DNA from: Podarcis cretensis
Lineage: Eukaryota
Assembly: GCA_951804945.1 (NCBI GenBank)
Contig: OX638161.1
Coordinates: 3,782,001-3,846,000 of the forward strand
Direction of reading: 5' to 3'
DNA length: 64,000 nt
Shown here: positions 1-14,031 of the stretch, piece by piece
Position numbering within the stretch: position 1 is the stretch's first letter
How the letters are laid out: every line of letters starts with the position of its first letter
Made by a program: the position numbers and the translations under genes
The notes under the pieces: generated by a model
Seen by the model: only the letters and a program-made list of their open reading frames with translations
What the model was told of the DNA's origin: nothing
The model's database searches: none

Positions 1-451
1 GGGTGCTTCTGAAGCATCTGGAAAATGGGATGGACCACTTCTAAGCTGAGGAGATGGCCAGCGCCAACCACTACCACAAGCAACAAGGCTGGACAGTTTC
101 CTGGAGCCCAGAGATGTTTAAAAGGCACACCAAGCCAAGTCCTAGAGCAGACATAGTACAGATTCCACCTTCCTGGCAGCTCTCTTAGTGATCAAAATGC
201 CAACAGGAAGAGGAGGATGCTCACTGTAGGAGGAGAACAATACAGTTCTATTGCACAGTCCCATAAAAATCTGGAACTGTCATATCTGTGGAGAGTTTGT
301 TGCAGAATTTAAGCAGCAATGAAAACAAGGTCCCTGATTAAAACCTGCAAAATGTTCTAATTTATTTTTCCACCCAGCTGGTGATATAACATGCAGGAAA
401 CCAAAAGCTGAAATTAATTACCACTCTTAGTAGGAAAACGTGTTTCCTTAC

Positions 452-672
452 CAATTACTCTGTAGACAGAAATGAAGACCAGCGTCAAGAGTATGAAGGC
501 TGTGTTCCAAGTCCAGATGTTAGGATCAACAGCTGAAATTCCCAGGAACATGAAAATAATAGTCTCTGCGCCACTCGCCAACATCTTCATGGTGTATTTC
601 ACAGTGGTAGAAGACTGCTCTGAAATATTTGCCTTGACATATTTCTGACAGCAGATACCACAGAAAGTTATA
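452..672 (-). CDS. SLC9A3: NHE3 coding exon 6 (gene continues beyond position 1)
   Basis: Acceptor ttcAG, donor GTAAGG, 221 nt. Encodes [73 protein letters not shown]. Confidence 0.96.
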
Positions 673-1742
673 CTGAAAGAAATTCAACACACATCTTAAT
701 CACTTATCTTTGCAGCAACTTGTTCTGCATTGTTATATCTACTAAACTGTTCTATTCTGAAATCTAAAAGCAGATCTACGCCTAAATGTTTTGTTTCCCT
801 CTGATACACTGACCTACCTGAGCCAAATCCTTTGGCAGGCAACGGAAATAAAAAAGTTTAACTGCCACAACTGTCAGGCATTATTGGATCTGTGTTTGGC
901 TGCTCTTTGCAGTTAACCTCTGAACTGAAGATAATGTTGGTTTATAGAAAGGAATCTTGCTGGGTGTTACATTGGAGTGGATGAGTTGAATGATGTTTAT
1001 ATATAGCTGACATATGAAGAATAAGAAGTTCAATAGTTTCTGAACTTTATTTTTTCTCTTTTAATCCTTTATTTCTCTCTCTCTCTTCTTTTCCTCTGGA
1101 TCTGTGTTTTTATCGAGATTAATGTTTCAGTTTGGATAAAAATGATATTTGAGAATAATCTTTTTATCTCTCTTTTAAAATTCTAATAAATGTCCCTCTT
1201 CCCCCCAAAAGAGGGAACTGAACCATGGAAGATGATAGGTGACCCTTGCCTCCTGGTATGTCCTTCGGTCCAAACTTCCAGCTTGCTCCTCAAGCTGGCC
1301 TTCTGGTTGGCCCTAAGAGCCTGACTCCTGCCCTGTCCCTTGGCTCCTGCTTCCTGGCTCACCCATAGTCCAGCCCTGACACAGTCCACATTGCAAGGGC
1401 CCCGACTCTCCCTATGTGTATCTTAAAGGAACAGTAAGATCCCCATTATGCTAGTGCCACTGTTATATGAAGGTTTAGCTGGTGGTTTAGCTATTTTTAA
1501 TCATTTTGATTATTGTAATCTGCAGCACAACAAACCATAGAATTCCCCAAGGGTCTTCAAATGACTTCCAAGCCTAATAGTTTTGGGACATTCTCCCCAA
1601 GTTTCCACGAGTTTCTTTGGTTTTGTGTTTTTAATACAGATAGAAAATGTTTTCAAACTCAGCTGGGCATTACAATCGCTTTAAAATGACCCCTTTCTCC
1701 AGCAGTAGTAGAAAGAAAAATCAGTTAATTAACTGAAACTTA

Positions 1743-1946
<204 letters not shown>

Positions 1947-2481
1947 TCACATGGGTTTTTTTTATAAAGCACTTTGAATTTTTAAAAACAATACACACTT
2001 TGCTTTATTGACTTTTTAGTCTTTGCTATCTGGTGGCTGGGAAAGTTGGAGAGATGGAGCTAAGATCTGTCACACAGATACCCAGGTATCATAATTATTC
2101 ACCTGCATTGAGGGGTCTGAACACCCAAAAAGGTGTTCTGCTGGTGAGACACTTTCCCTATTACATACATTCCTGTGGCCCCAGCATCAAGCAATAGCCA
2201 AGACTCAGAGAGACAAGGAGTGGGAGCCATCGAAACCAGGGCTGAAGAATTGAACCTGAGCCTAACTGCTGTACCTTTGCAGATCTGAAGACCGAATGCT
2301 CACAGGTGCCTTCCCCATAGCCTGGTTTACCTGAAGTATTAAGCACCTCCTGCTCTACAGTGCCTGACCAACAGTGCAGAGAGCATTCCAGGGAAGACAT
2401 CACAGACAGAAGCAAAATAGGTGCTTGGCCCATTAAGAAGCCACACTCCACAGCCAGGAAAGGGAGGGATAAGGTGTAAGA

Positions 2482-2617
2482 TTGGTTTCCTCAACCTCAG
2501 CCCTCCAGATGTTCTTGGCCTACAACTCCCATGATCCCTAGCTAGCAGGACCAGTAGTCAGGGATGCTGGGAATTGTAGTCTCCAAACATCTGGAGGGCC
2601 GAGGTTGAGGAAGCCTG
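2482..2617. mobile_element. Palindromic hAT MITE
   Basis: Long inverted arms; perfect 8-bp TSD GTGTAAGA (2474-2481, 2618-2625). Confidence 0.88.
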
Positions 2618-4734
2618 GTGTAAGAAGACCTCAGTCAACCACTAATTTTTGGTTTGAGCCAGTTGTGCACGTGGAGCTGACTGAGGTGCTTGTTGCTTTG
2701 TGAGTTTCTGCTGAGGGCAGGTCACATCATGCCCTTGCTCCATGGAGCTCAGAGTGGCATCATGAATAGCCATCACAGCAATGTTGCCTAAGGCTCATGG
2801 GAGTTGTAATCCAGGACACCTGGAGACCTCCAGGTTGGCAAAGGCTTCTTTGCTTGAGCAAATCCTGTATTCCACCTTAAAGGGAGGCGACCAAGAACTT
2901 TCTGTATACTACTCTAAGCTATCCAAAGGAAGAATGGTATAGTTTTGCTTATTAGTTTGCTTTAAAAGTTTGTTTCCTGTTCCCCGCCCCCACTAAAAAT
3001 TTCTAGTAGCTTACAACAGCCTTTAAAACAGAACATAAATGTTAAACAACAAGTAGTGCTTTAGCTATTCTGCAGCGGATACTAAGAACAGCCGTACAAG
3101 ACCCTAAAAAGTAGGGTTTCCAAAACTTGGGTCTCCAGCTGTTTCTGGACTAAAATTCCCATCATTCATGCTAGCTGACTTAAAAACTCAAAGCCTTGGT
3201 GTGAAATATATATATAAAGCTTAACTTAAAGCTTGTGAAACTAAAGATGTTTTTCATTTGGTATCTTAATATTAATAAAAAAATCTCCCCTCTCAGGAGG
3301 AAACTTCAAAGGTGTGGTGTCACGCCCAGAGAAAGGAACCTCACAGCCTCCAATTACGTTGGGGTGGCGAGATTGCTTGAGCAGAGTCTTCAGTCATGTC
3401 TCAAAGAAAAGCAAACTCATATGTGTAAATGCAGCCTTTCCGATATCTTTGCCCCAGATCTTTAGGCTTGGGGGCAGGGTGTCAAAAACTACACTTTGAA
3501 TTGTACCTGGAAACAATCCGGAAATCAGTAGAAGCACACGCGCGTGCACACACACAAATAATATATAGGCAAGATGGTAGTTCCTTTTTCTTTACTTTTT
3601 TTTAAGAGGAAGAGGGAGAAAAAATGGAAGCTGGATTTTAAAAGGGAAGAAAGACATGGAGAAAGAGAGACTGGGAGACAGAGAACCATAGGTAGAATAA
3701 CCCAGCTCAAAACCCTGCACATGCAAAGCTGGCCTCTGTGTGAACCATCCCTTCTGCATCGTTGCCTTTTACCCATTGGCAATGGCAAGCAAACTTCTCA
3801 CTTATCTTTTTTTATGACAGCCCTTAAAAGGACACAAACATAATACGGCTGTTAACATTCCAATAAACTGCACAAGGTGTACCATTCAAGAGTACCGGCT
3901 AACACAGGAACACGTGAATGTATGCCACCTTGAGCTCCTTAGAAGAAAGGTGTTATATAAATACAATAAAAAATTAAAATTTAATTTAAATTGTAGGGGA
4001 AATGCAGGGTACTTTTCTACAGAACTCTTATTAATTGTAATGCATTATACACAAAAGCTAACTGTTGTTTGATTTGATTTTAATATTAAAGGCAGGATGG
4101 AAACATGTTCAGTTGTCTAACACTGGAATTTACATGCATTGCCACTCGGTTCTGTACGCAGATGCCCAGCGATCCCCTGCCTGCTGCACGTCAGCACCTA
4201 GTGGGGGCTTGGGGGGGGTGCTAAAACTTTCCATTGCACCTGCCACTCTCCCTGCTCAGATGCTTCTCATCCATCATGGGGTATAAATCCGACATAATTT
4301 AGGATCAAGACCCCAGGTGGATGGGAATTGCAGAGGAATGAGAATGGCAGGGAGAGGTTAATCACCCCTCTATTCACCCCCCCCCCAGCTTCCAACATTT
4401 CTCTCCCAATACTGCTTTGTGGCAGAGAAGCCGGACCTATACATTTGCATGCAAAAGATCACAGGTCACTTGAAACTAAGCAAGCTTTTTTATATACCCA
4501 TACCAAACAAATTAAGCAAACACAGTGATATGGGTTCTGTTTTGGGGTGGGGAAAATCTTTATACTTCTTAACTAACCCATAGCTGCAACTTTGCTCTCC
4601 TTTAAGTGTGCCACTGAGGTTCAAGAATAGCAAATGAAAGGGAAAGTGAAGAGTGTCTGAGGCAACAGGGCATCATTATTAAAATTTCACAAGATTCTTA
4701 CTAATGATGTAATAAGTTTTAAAAGATGACTTAC

Positions 4735-4813
4735 CTACACCATAGACCCAGTCGGTGGCAACCACATTGTCAGTTCCTATTTTAACAAATGATTCAAACA
4801 CATTGTATAGCAC
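4735..4813 (-). CDS. SLC9A3: NHE3 coding exon 4 (not in the ORF track)
   Basis: Acceptor ttAG, donor GTAAGT, 79 nt. Encodes VLYNVFESFVKIGTDNVVATDWVYGV; phases match exons 3 and 5. Confidence 0.94.
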
Positions 4814-5206
4814 CTAAGAGGAAGATAAATTGATCATTTCATAAAGGAATCAAAGAAAGCATTTTATTGTCAACCAATAACAATTTCCTGATTTTTTGTA
4901 ATGTACACAATATCTTTCTTTGTTTTCTATTTTGCTTTCTACATATGTACAATTTCTTGTTTTTTCTTTTTTGTATCTTATTTCACAATTTCTTTAACAG
5001 TACACTACCAAATGCAACATCTATAGACTTCTATTTTACATTTGTGATTAAATTGTGATGGAAGAAAGCCTATTTGCAAAGAATTTGAGCGTGTGCTTAT
5101 GAAAACAGCTAACCTTTTTTCCTCTATGTAGTAAAACAGCAGTGATATTTACCTAAGTAAATTTATAGACTGCTACTTCATACCGATTTATCTGTGTCCT
5201 GAGTCA

Positions 5207-5497
<291 letters not shown>

Positions 5498-6923
5498 TTA
5501 GCCACTCTTTTCTGGGGTGGGGAATTGAGTTGCATTTAATATTGCCTTTCTTATGTGCTTGGTCCTTCTTGAGTGCATTGGGGGGGGGGTAGGGCATGTA
5601 CATGTGCCTGGATTTACTAGTTTCATCATGGTTAGAACTATTTCCCATTAAAATGTTAGGCTTGTTTATTTTAGACCCTATTCCCATATTAAGACTTGTG
5701 TGGATGTAAGTTACTGGATAAACCTGCCACTGTCTTAAAGGTCTAATTCATGACACTCCTAATTCGTGAGCACAGTCAACAGATATATACCCCCAGCCCC
5801 TCCGAGTGTCTAGTATCAGGTATGCCAATTATCTTCTTTTTAGCACATAGATAATGAAGTTTCAAGGTCAAAATAGCTAGAGCTGGGAAAGATACAATTA
5901 GGACAACCTCTAACACATGCTGCATTTGCAGCCTGGCCTCAGAATCATTCAAGCAGTGAAACCCAGCTTTTCAAAATTAAACAGAGAACATGTTAATTTT
6001 GCAGACTGAACACATTTCCATTTCGCCAATGGTTTGCAGTCTGCAGTGATAGTGGCTGAACTGCAACACTGAAAACCAAGTAATAGTTAACCTGCTAGCA
6101 AAGAAGGTTTACTTCCCTACCCCACCCCCACTTGAATGTGTTTAAATGTCAAGGGGGGGGGGCATGTGGTTGAGGTTTGCTTCAGACTGACAAGAGTTTT
6201 TTTCTTGATGATAATCCTGAGGTTTTGAGAGAGAACTATTCCCTAAGGCTAGATTGGAAGAACAATGGTGGCATGTGCCCATTCACCTAGTGAACAATGG
6301 CACTAAAGGGCACGGTTTCCATTTCAGAATAAAAAGCGACTGTCCCGACTGCACACAAAAGAAAGCAAAAGCAATCCTTTATAGTTGATTTCAAACTACA
6401 CCTATTGTAAACTGAGCCCTAACACAAACATCAAGAGCCTTGCCAATCCTAAATGCTACCAAGATGGCAGCCTATCTTTACTGGAACTTCAGAGGAAAGG
6501 GTAAACCAAACACAGGCCTAATCTAGCTTCGAAACTTACGCAACCGGATCTTGATGAGAAACCTGAGATGGGCAATCTTCTTTAAATGCAAAGATCATAG
6601 TTTTCTCAGAAGCTGCTAGTTCACCATGCATATCATCCTAACTTAACCGAATGCACAGGGTCTGTAGTGAGAATGTAGCTGGAAGGGAATAACCACAGAG
6701 ACTGCTCTGATTTCTTTGGAAGAAGGGCAGGATAAAAATATAACAATAAATATATGTAATGAATTATCAGCTGTGGTGCTGCTACCGCCGCAAAGTAGGT
6801 TTGTAACAAGTTCATGGCTTGGAGCGGTTCATGTGACAAAAGCTCCACAGTTACTCATCCCAGGACAACCCAACAAACATGAGCCAATAGCTAATAATGA
6901 AATAATGATTACCCACACCTTAC

Positions 6924-7226
6924 CCATTATTCCTGTGAGAAAGACCCCGTAGAGCGAAAGGCCTGTGGTGACAGTATTCCAGATGGTCCCGATGACAGCA
7001 TATAGGAGGATGGTGCCCAGGTTGCCAAAGAAGAGTCGGTTTGGCATGAAGTATCCTGCATCTAAGACGATGGGTGGCAGCAGGTAGAAGAAAAAGACGT
7101 CTGGCGTAAGGGTGAAGGAGGCAATATGATCTGCTGCAAACACAATGCCTCCCAGGATAATGCCCAGCGCAATGAGCAAGACACTTTCTGGAACCACACT
7201 GGTGACTTTATGGGACAGGTGGAAAA
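6924..7226 (-). CDS. SLC9A3: NHE3 coding exon 2
   Basis: Acceptor tgacAG, donor GTAAGG, 303 nt. Encodes [14 protein letters not shown]...[34 protein letters not shown]...GIM. Confidence 0.96.
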
Positions 7227-8321
7227 CTGTCAAGAAAACAACATGGATGAGAGTCAGAAGGCAAATGCAAGAAGAAATATTAAATAATGGTATGCTGGGT
7301 GCATAAAAATATGAAATATCATGTGAGTATATCATGGGGCAAGCCATCTTGCACCTTCTCCTTCTCCACAGATCTCTGCTCCAATAATGGCTAAAAGGCT
7401 GTTTATAATGGAAAAAAGAACTGTAAAATGAATTTTGCGGAGGAGGCCTTGGGTACACGCTCACTCAGAATAGGGAGCTCACATGCTGATTTTACTTCCC
7501 ATCTTGACCAATGGGAAGGGTTTGAAAATAGACAGACAGATTAACACAATTTTGGATTTGGTGGTTCCTCCCCCTTGGATTACCCCGCCCCAACCCCTTT
7601 GAATTGCTCTGCCCTTAATGTTATACATCAAAGATTCCCCAGGCACTCATTTAAATTGGAGGAAATGACTGGCTTTAACCATGAACAGGAACACTGCTTT
7701 TAGGAGGGGGGTTACAGTGCAACATTTTGTTGCAGATCTCACTTGTAACATTGCTAATGTCGATTTTCTCTCCTCTTCCAATTAATATTTATTCGTAGAA
7801 AGTAGGTCACTTGTATCAGTTAATACAGTGCAGGAGTGAAGAGTGTCTTGAAATGTATTATTCCGGTATGCAAGAAATAAGATCCATTTTCTTATAACTT
7901 CCTTCTCAGTTTCTTTGGGATTCACATTGACAGCATTCCTTCAAGTCTCACATCCTAAAATCAACGCACTAAGCTACTCTGTCCCAACTCTTCATAGCCA
8001 TCACCCAAGCAATCCAAGTGCATGGCTTTGGTGCCACAGATGTGTCCAAATCTACAGCCTAGGAATCAATATGTAACACACAGTTCAACTACATTTCTAG
8101 CCAATGCTTTCTAGGCATCTGTCTGCATCCTCCACAACACCATTAATTATTGTGGTTCCCCACTTGCTCTTATTATTTTTCCATATTCTAACAATGTCTG
8201 AGTCCTGTTCGTGGGACAAGATACCTCTGTATTAGGACCCTGACGAAATAAAACTCCTGCTTCAAAAGCTTTTAGAGTTTGAAAGAAAGAAATAGATGGA
8301 TGCTATGATAGACAATAATAA

Positions 8322-8670
8322 GGGACGCGGGTGGCGCTGTGGGTTAAACCACAGAGCCTAGGGCTTGCCAATCAGAAGGTCGGCGGTTCAAATCCCCACA
8401 ATGGGGTGAGCTCCCATTGCTCGGTCCCTGCTCCTGCCAACCTAGCAGTTCGAAAGCATGAAGGGCAAGTAGGTAAATAGGTACCGCTCCGGCGGGAAGG
8501 TAAACGGCGTTTCCGTGCGCTGCTCTGGTTCACCAGAAGCGGCTTAGTCCTGCTGGCCACATGACCCGGAAGCCGTACATCGGCTCCCTTGGCCAATAAA
8601 ACGAGATGAGCACCGCAACCCCAGAGTCGGCCATGACTGGACCTAATGGTCAGGGGTCCCTTTACCTTTA
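8322..8670 (+). mobile_element. Sauria SINE (subfamily A)
   Basis: tRNA-like head with A/B boxes and ACCTTT tail. 15-bp TSD TATGATAGACAATAA at 8304-8318 and 8669-8683. Confidence 0.92.
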
Positions 8671-10368
8671 TGATAGACAATAAGTGGGGTGCTTCCAAAT
8701 ACTATTCATTATTCTTTTTGCACATATAGACTATTATAGCAAAGAATAAATAAGTTCTTTCCAGAAACCACACTGCAATAAACCAGGGAAAGATGTGAAA
8801 GGGTCGGCCCACCATTGAGGCAAGGTGAGGCGACTGCCTCAGGCAGCATGTTCCACAGGGGAAGCAGATCCTGACAATAGATATTTATTCCTTCCTGGTT
8901 TCTGATCTAGATTTTCACTCACCCCTTCCTCCCTGGTGGGGAGGGGGAGAGGCTATTTTGCAGTTCACCTCAGGTGCCAAAATGTCTTGGTCCAGCCCTG
9001 GTAAAACATATTAGTAAACAATCAAGTAATCAATATACTTGCAGTGCCCTAATTATTGAGGCATATGGCTCAACATCAACTCTAAGAGCTAAAAAACAAA
9101 ACTCAAAGAACCCCCTGTCTACCCTCACTAATCTTAGCAAGTGCTGAAAAGGTCTCCCAAGTTAGATATAATCTTAAAAAAAACCAACTGGTTAGCACTT
9201 GGTTTGCTCTCTGGAAGGTTTATTAGTTGCTACACACTTAATGATCACCACAGAACCTGTATACACCATTGCAATGAGCTCATTAAAATCACAATTTAGG
9301 TCACTGTTCTTTGTGGGTCAACAAATTAGCAAACTTACATTAGCAATTTAAAAGGTGGACGCTATTTTAGGATCACCAGGTCAATGTTCCTCATTAAGTT
9401 ATGAGGTCATGTGCACACCTGACTTCAGAAGTCAAATGTCAATGGAATTTGGAAACAGACCTATTGAAAACCTTGTGGTCTGTTTTGAGGGGGGGGGGGA
9501 CCAGAGCAAATTGAAAGACCATTCTAGACCTGGATTTTGCAATCCATGAAATGAGGTACATTTTTACATTGATCTTGAGAAGAGTGCTGTAGTTTAAGTC
9601 AAGGAAACATGGGTTAAAGCCAGACATGCTGAGCCATAGAAAGCCATACATACCAATTTCTTCTAACTTTCCCATGTTCCATTTTCTATGACTAAGCAGA
9701 TAAGGTCAGTTTAGAGTTGGCGAAAAGCTTCAATACATTCTATTACATTGGCTTCTTTAAAACCAGGACAAGCCCTGTTACTTCTACTCTTTGCATATTG
9801 ACTGTGGCTTTAATAACATACCGTTTTCTTAAACATAAGGTTAAGCAAATGCATATTCCTTGATTGCTGCAAGCCTTGCTACTTTCTTGTAACTATAGGA
9901 AATGACCAGGGTGGGTGTTGGCAGGCTGGCTACTAGCTTATGAACTTGGAAGACACTTCACTCCAAAATTGCCTATATGATTTTAAAACTTGGCTTCACT
10001 TTTTAAAGGGGTTGCAGAAGGCAAGATGGAAAATGTAGCCCAATGAGTTAAATTGGTTACCTTAGGGGAGGTGACATCCCAAGTCATATGCACAGAATAT
10101 GGGGACCTTTCACAATCCAATCAATGCAATTGAAGAAATAATTGCAAGAGAGTGGCCCTTGGGAGAGGAGCCCATTGTTCAACTGCTGATCTCATCAAAC
10201 TAGCTGAAGAGAGCAGCTACCACCATCTTTCCCAACAAAAGAAAATTCTATCAGGGAGAGGATCCATGTCAACCTGACCCCAGGGGGTACAGAGCTATGC
10301 TAAATGACACCTCCCTGATCCTTTGAACCTTTTGTTTATGGGGAAAGTTGAATATCACTCCACCTAAG

Positions 10369-10713
10369 ATGGTGCTGTGGTCTAAACCACTGAGCCTAGG
10401 GCTTGCTGATCAAAAGGTCGGCGGTTTGAATCCCCTCGACGGGGTGAGCTCCCATTTTTCAGTCCCAGCTCCTGCCCACCTAGCAGTTTGAAAGCACATC
10501 AAAGTGCAAGTAGAAAAATAGGTACCGCTCCACGGCGTTTCTGTGTGCTGCTCTGGTTTCACCAGAAGTGGCTTAGTCATACTGGCCACATGACCCAGAA
10601 GCTGTCTGCGGACAAACGCCGGCTCCTTCGGCCTATAGAATGAGATGTGCGCACAACCCCATAGTCGTTCGCGACTGGCCTTAACTGTCAGGGGTCCCTT
10701 TACCTTTACCTTT
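10369..10713 (+). mobile_element. Sauria SINE
   Basis: Homologous to the 8322 copy; (ACCTTT)n tail. Confidence 0.9.
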
Positions 10714-11884
10714 AAAAGCGCTTATGTTGAGTATCATGCATGTTAGCCACAACCCAGGGGGTCTGACTCACCTGTTTTTCTCTCAGTATCTCACTTCTCT
10801 GGATCCTACAGAAGTAGAGGTCCCCATTTGCTACAGCTGCTTCCAAAGCCCACCACCACCCTTGCTAGTTGGAGGAGAGACTCCATAAGCTATTTTGGGG
10901 GCCTGCTCTTGCTTGACTTTTCTTCCCTGTTTTCCTGCCTGACCCCAGAGCTGCGCCTCTCCCCCCGCTCCAAACCTTCAGAATTCCCACCAGAACTAGG
11001 AAAGGTGCACTCTACTTCCTAGCCTGTCTTCTGGACATACATTCACCACAAACTGGTAGCCTCCACACCCAGTTGCTCTTCCCACGTGTGTGTGTGGGTG
11101 TGTGTGTGTGTGGGTGTGTGTGTGTCTGCATTTTAGAAGCCACCCTTTGGTGTCTCTCCTCTTCCCAGCCAGCCATGCCTCACTGAGGAGGCCTAGTCTA
11201 CAAACGTGGGCACAGAACAGGATAGTGCTGAACTCAGCTATGCCTCCATCTCCTCTGATGCGTTGGGTGTTTGTGTGGCTGTAGTTAGAATTAATCAACT
11301 ATTCCTCTCAAACTAAAGAAATGTATGTCATAACAGTGTGAGAGATTATGGTAATTCATTATCTCAACCAGGTAGGAGTGACTAAAAGTCAAGTTAACAA
11401 ACGAGAATATGTCTCCTTTTTATCTCAGTACTTTTTAGAAGAGAATTTTTTTTTCACAGGCTGTCAAGATTCACCTTCCCTTTGCCATTTCCATAATAAT
11501 CTTGTTCTCCTATGTTGTCATACTGTGATTTTGCTATTCTAGACTGAAGCAAAGGAACCCTCTATGTTTCATATGCATGTTTTGTTTGGTCATTATTGAC
11601 TCTTTATGCAAGTCAGCGAGTGAGTTAATCCCTGATGCCTTTTCTGTTAAAAACTGTCACCTAAATGAGAGGAGGAAAGGGCTATCAATGCGCAACCTCC
11701 AAAGTTGAAGTCAGCAATGCTTCTGAATATCAGTGGCTGGAAACCACTGAAGAGGAGAAATGTTCATGTGCTCATGTTCTGCTCCCATAGGAATCTGGTT
11801 GGCCACTGTGAGAACAGCATGCTGGGCCCGATGATCTGTTGGTCTGATCCAACAGGCTATTTTTATGTTCAGAGGTAGTGACAC

Positions 11885-11974
11885 CATAGCTGTCAACGTT
11901 TCCCTTTTTTTAAGGGAAATTCCCTTATTCCGAATAGGATTCCTCGCAAGAAAAGGGAAAAGTTGACAGCTATG
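11885..11974. mobile_element. 90-bp hAT (Blackjack-like) MITE
   Basis: TIRs CATAGCTGTCAAC / GTTGACAGCTATG; TSD AGTGACAC/AGTTACAC. Confidence 0.85.
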
Positions 11975-13361
11975 AGTTACACATGTGGGCAACCTGTTGC
12001 CTATGGGTATTCAGCATGGCCTGCCCACCCCCTACCCCCCCCCCCCGGTTGCCAAATTCTCCTGCTACTAAATTTACATGATGGACAGGGCATGTGTGGA
12101 AGGCATCACCCTCTCCCCAGCCCTTCAGACAGCTGCTTGGCAAACTGGAAGAATCATGCTGTGGAAGAAGGTGCACTTCTGTGCACTCTCCAAAGAGCTG
12201 TTGGGTGGACTTGGTAAAAGGATTAGCATTCACCATGCACCATGAGTGTGAATGGATGAGTGTGCATGTGCAAGCTTGTGAGGAGGTGGGGTGATGCAGT
12301 GCAGATAAGGGCACACGAGGAGAGAGTCCTCCGCATGTCCAGCCACATTAAGCTGCTGACCACCCTCTCGCCACTACATGTGGCAAAAAGGTTCCTCACC
12401 CCCGAGTTAGAGGGTGGCCATCTCCATCTCACCTGGCTTCTGAGCTTTATGCCTGGACTTTAGATGGACCATTTTGTTGTCCTAGCAGGACAGTTCTAAA
12501 CTAAACTAAACTAAGTTCTAAACTAAATCTAGAGCCAAGGTTTCGCTGGTTTTTCAAGGAAAATGTCAAGTAACATTGTGGCTGAAATCAGAAACATAAA
12601 CATTAGGTAGTAAGTCATTCCAGACTCAAATGAGGCTTATTTCTCAGTAAACATATTTAGGGCCAGGGTATGTATGTGACATAGTTCAAGTGTAGCACCA
12701 CAGGCTAGAAAGAACATTTAGTTTTATTACATCTTATTGTTAACCAATGGTAAAAGGTCAGCAATAACACTAAGTGGTATTAGCAGAAAAAAATTGGAAA
12801 TAAAAAGGGTTGCCTCAGGTGTTCATAAAATGACATCAGCTGAGGTTGCAGCACAAAGCAAAATGGCATTCAAGAACATTATGTCAAGGTTGAATAAGTT
12901 ATTCACTTAATTCCCTGTTAAGATTGCCCTTCAAATGAAAATGTGGTTTTAAAACTGAACCAACCAAGCTAAATAGTTTGTGATTAAAAAAAATAAAAAT
13001 GTTAAAGCCATGTTGTGTAGGAGACGGGAAACACAAAAGAGTCTGAAGTAATGACAGTCTCACAAAAATATTTTTCTGTGTCACACATGCAGACAACCTT
13101 CATTCCACCGCCCTTTTAAATACACTGGCCAGAAGAAAGAGGAGTGTGAGGTAAATCCTAAAAGAGCGGTTGTCAGCTGCTTTACTCCACAGTTTGCCAT
13201 CACAGAACACAGGCTTTGTCGCCTCATGGTTTTCTCCCAGATTGTTCACCAGTACTCAGGTGGTATCTGGACACAGTGTTTATTGATTTCAGTAAGGTTT
13301 CTGACAAGGTCTCCAATGATACAATTGTGAGGAAGCTGGTAAATGTGGGCTGAACAAAGTA

Positions 13362-13598
13362 CAGTTGAATGGAATCAGTTATGGAAGTCCGTTTTACTTC
13401 CAAAATGGTCAAAAACCAAAGCACAGCTTCTGATTGGCTGCAGGAAGCTCTTGCAGCCAACTGGAAGCCACAGAAGCCCCATCAGGTATTTGGCTTCCAA
13501 AAGAACGTTCGAAAACCAGAACAGTCACTTCCGAGTTTCGATCATCAGGGAGCCAAAACATTTGAGAACTAGGCTGTTTGACTTCCAAGGTACGACTG
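13362..13598. mobile_element. Tc1/mariner (Tigger-like) non-autonomous DNA element
   Basis: TA-CAGT...GGTACGACTG-TA termini; it interrupts the CR1 coding sequence. Confidence 0.6.
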
Positions 13599-13665
13599 TA
13601 ATTGTTAGGTGGATTTGTAGCTGGTTGACTGACCAAACCCAAAGAGTCCTCATTAATGGTTCCTA

Positions 13666-13996
13666 GACATTGTTCAGCCTGAACACTGAGGTCCAGCTCC
13701 AAGGGCCTTCTGGCGGTTCCCTCACTGCAAGAAGCAAGATTACAGGGAACCAGGAGGAGGGCCTTCTTGGTAGTGGTGCCTGCCCTGTGCAACGCCCTCC
13801 CATCGGATGTCAAGGAAATAAACAACTATCGGACTTTTAGAAGACATCTGAAGGCAGCCCTATTTAGGGAAGTTTTTAATGTTTGATGTTTTATTGTGTT
13901 TTTAATATTCTGTTGGGAGCTGCCCAGGGTGGCCGAGGAAACCCAGCCAGATGGGTGGGGTATGTATGTATGAATAATAATAATAATAATAATAAT

Positions 13997-14031
<35 letters not shown>
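13666..14031 (+). mobile_element. L2 LINE 3' end with (AAT)n(CAT)n tail
   Basis: Matches the 3' end of the L2 at 54815-55450 (GAGGTCCAGC...GGGAAGTTTTTAATGT...GAAACCCAGCCAGATGGG). Confidence 0.85.
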
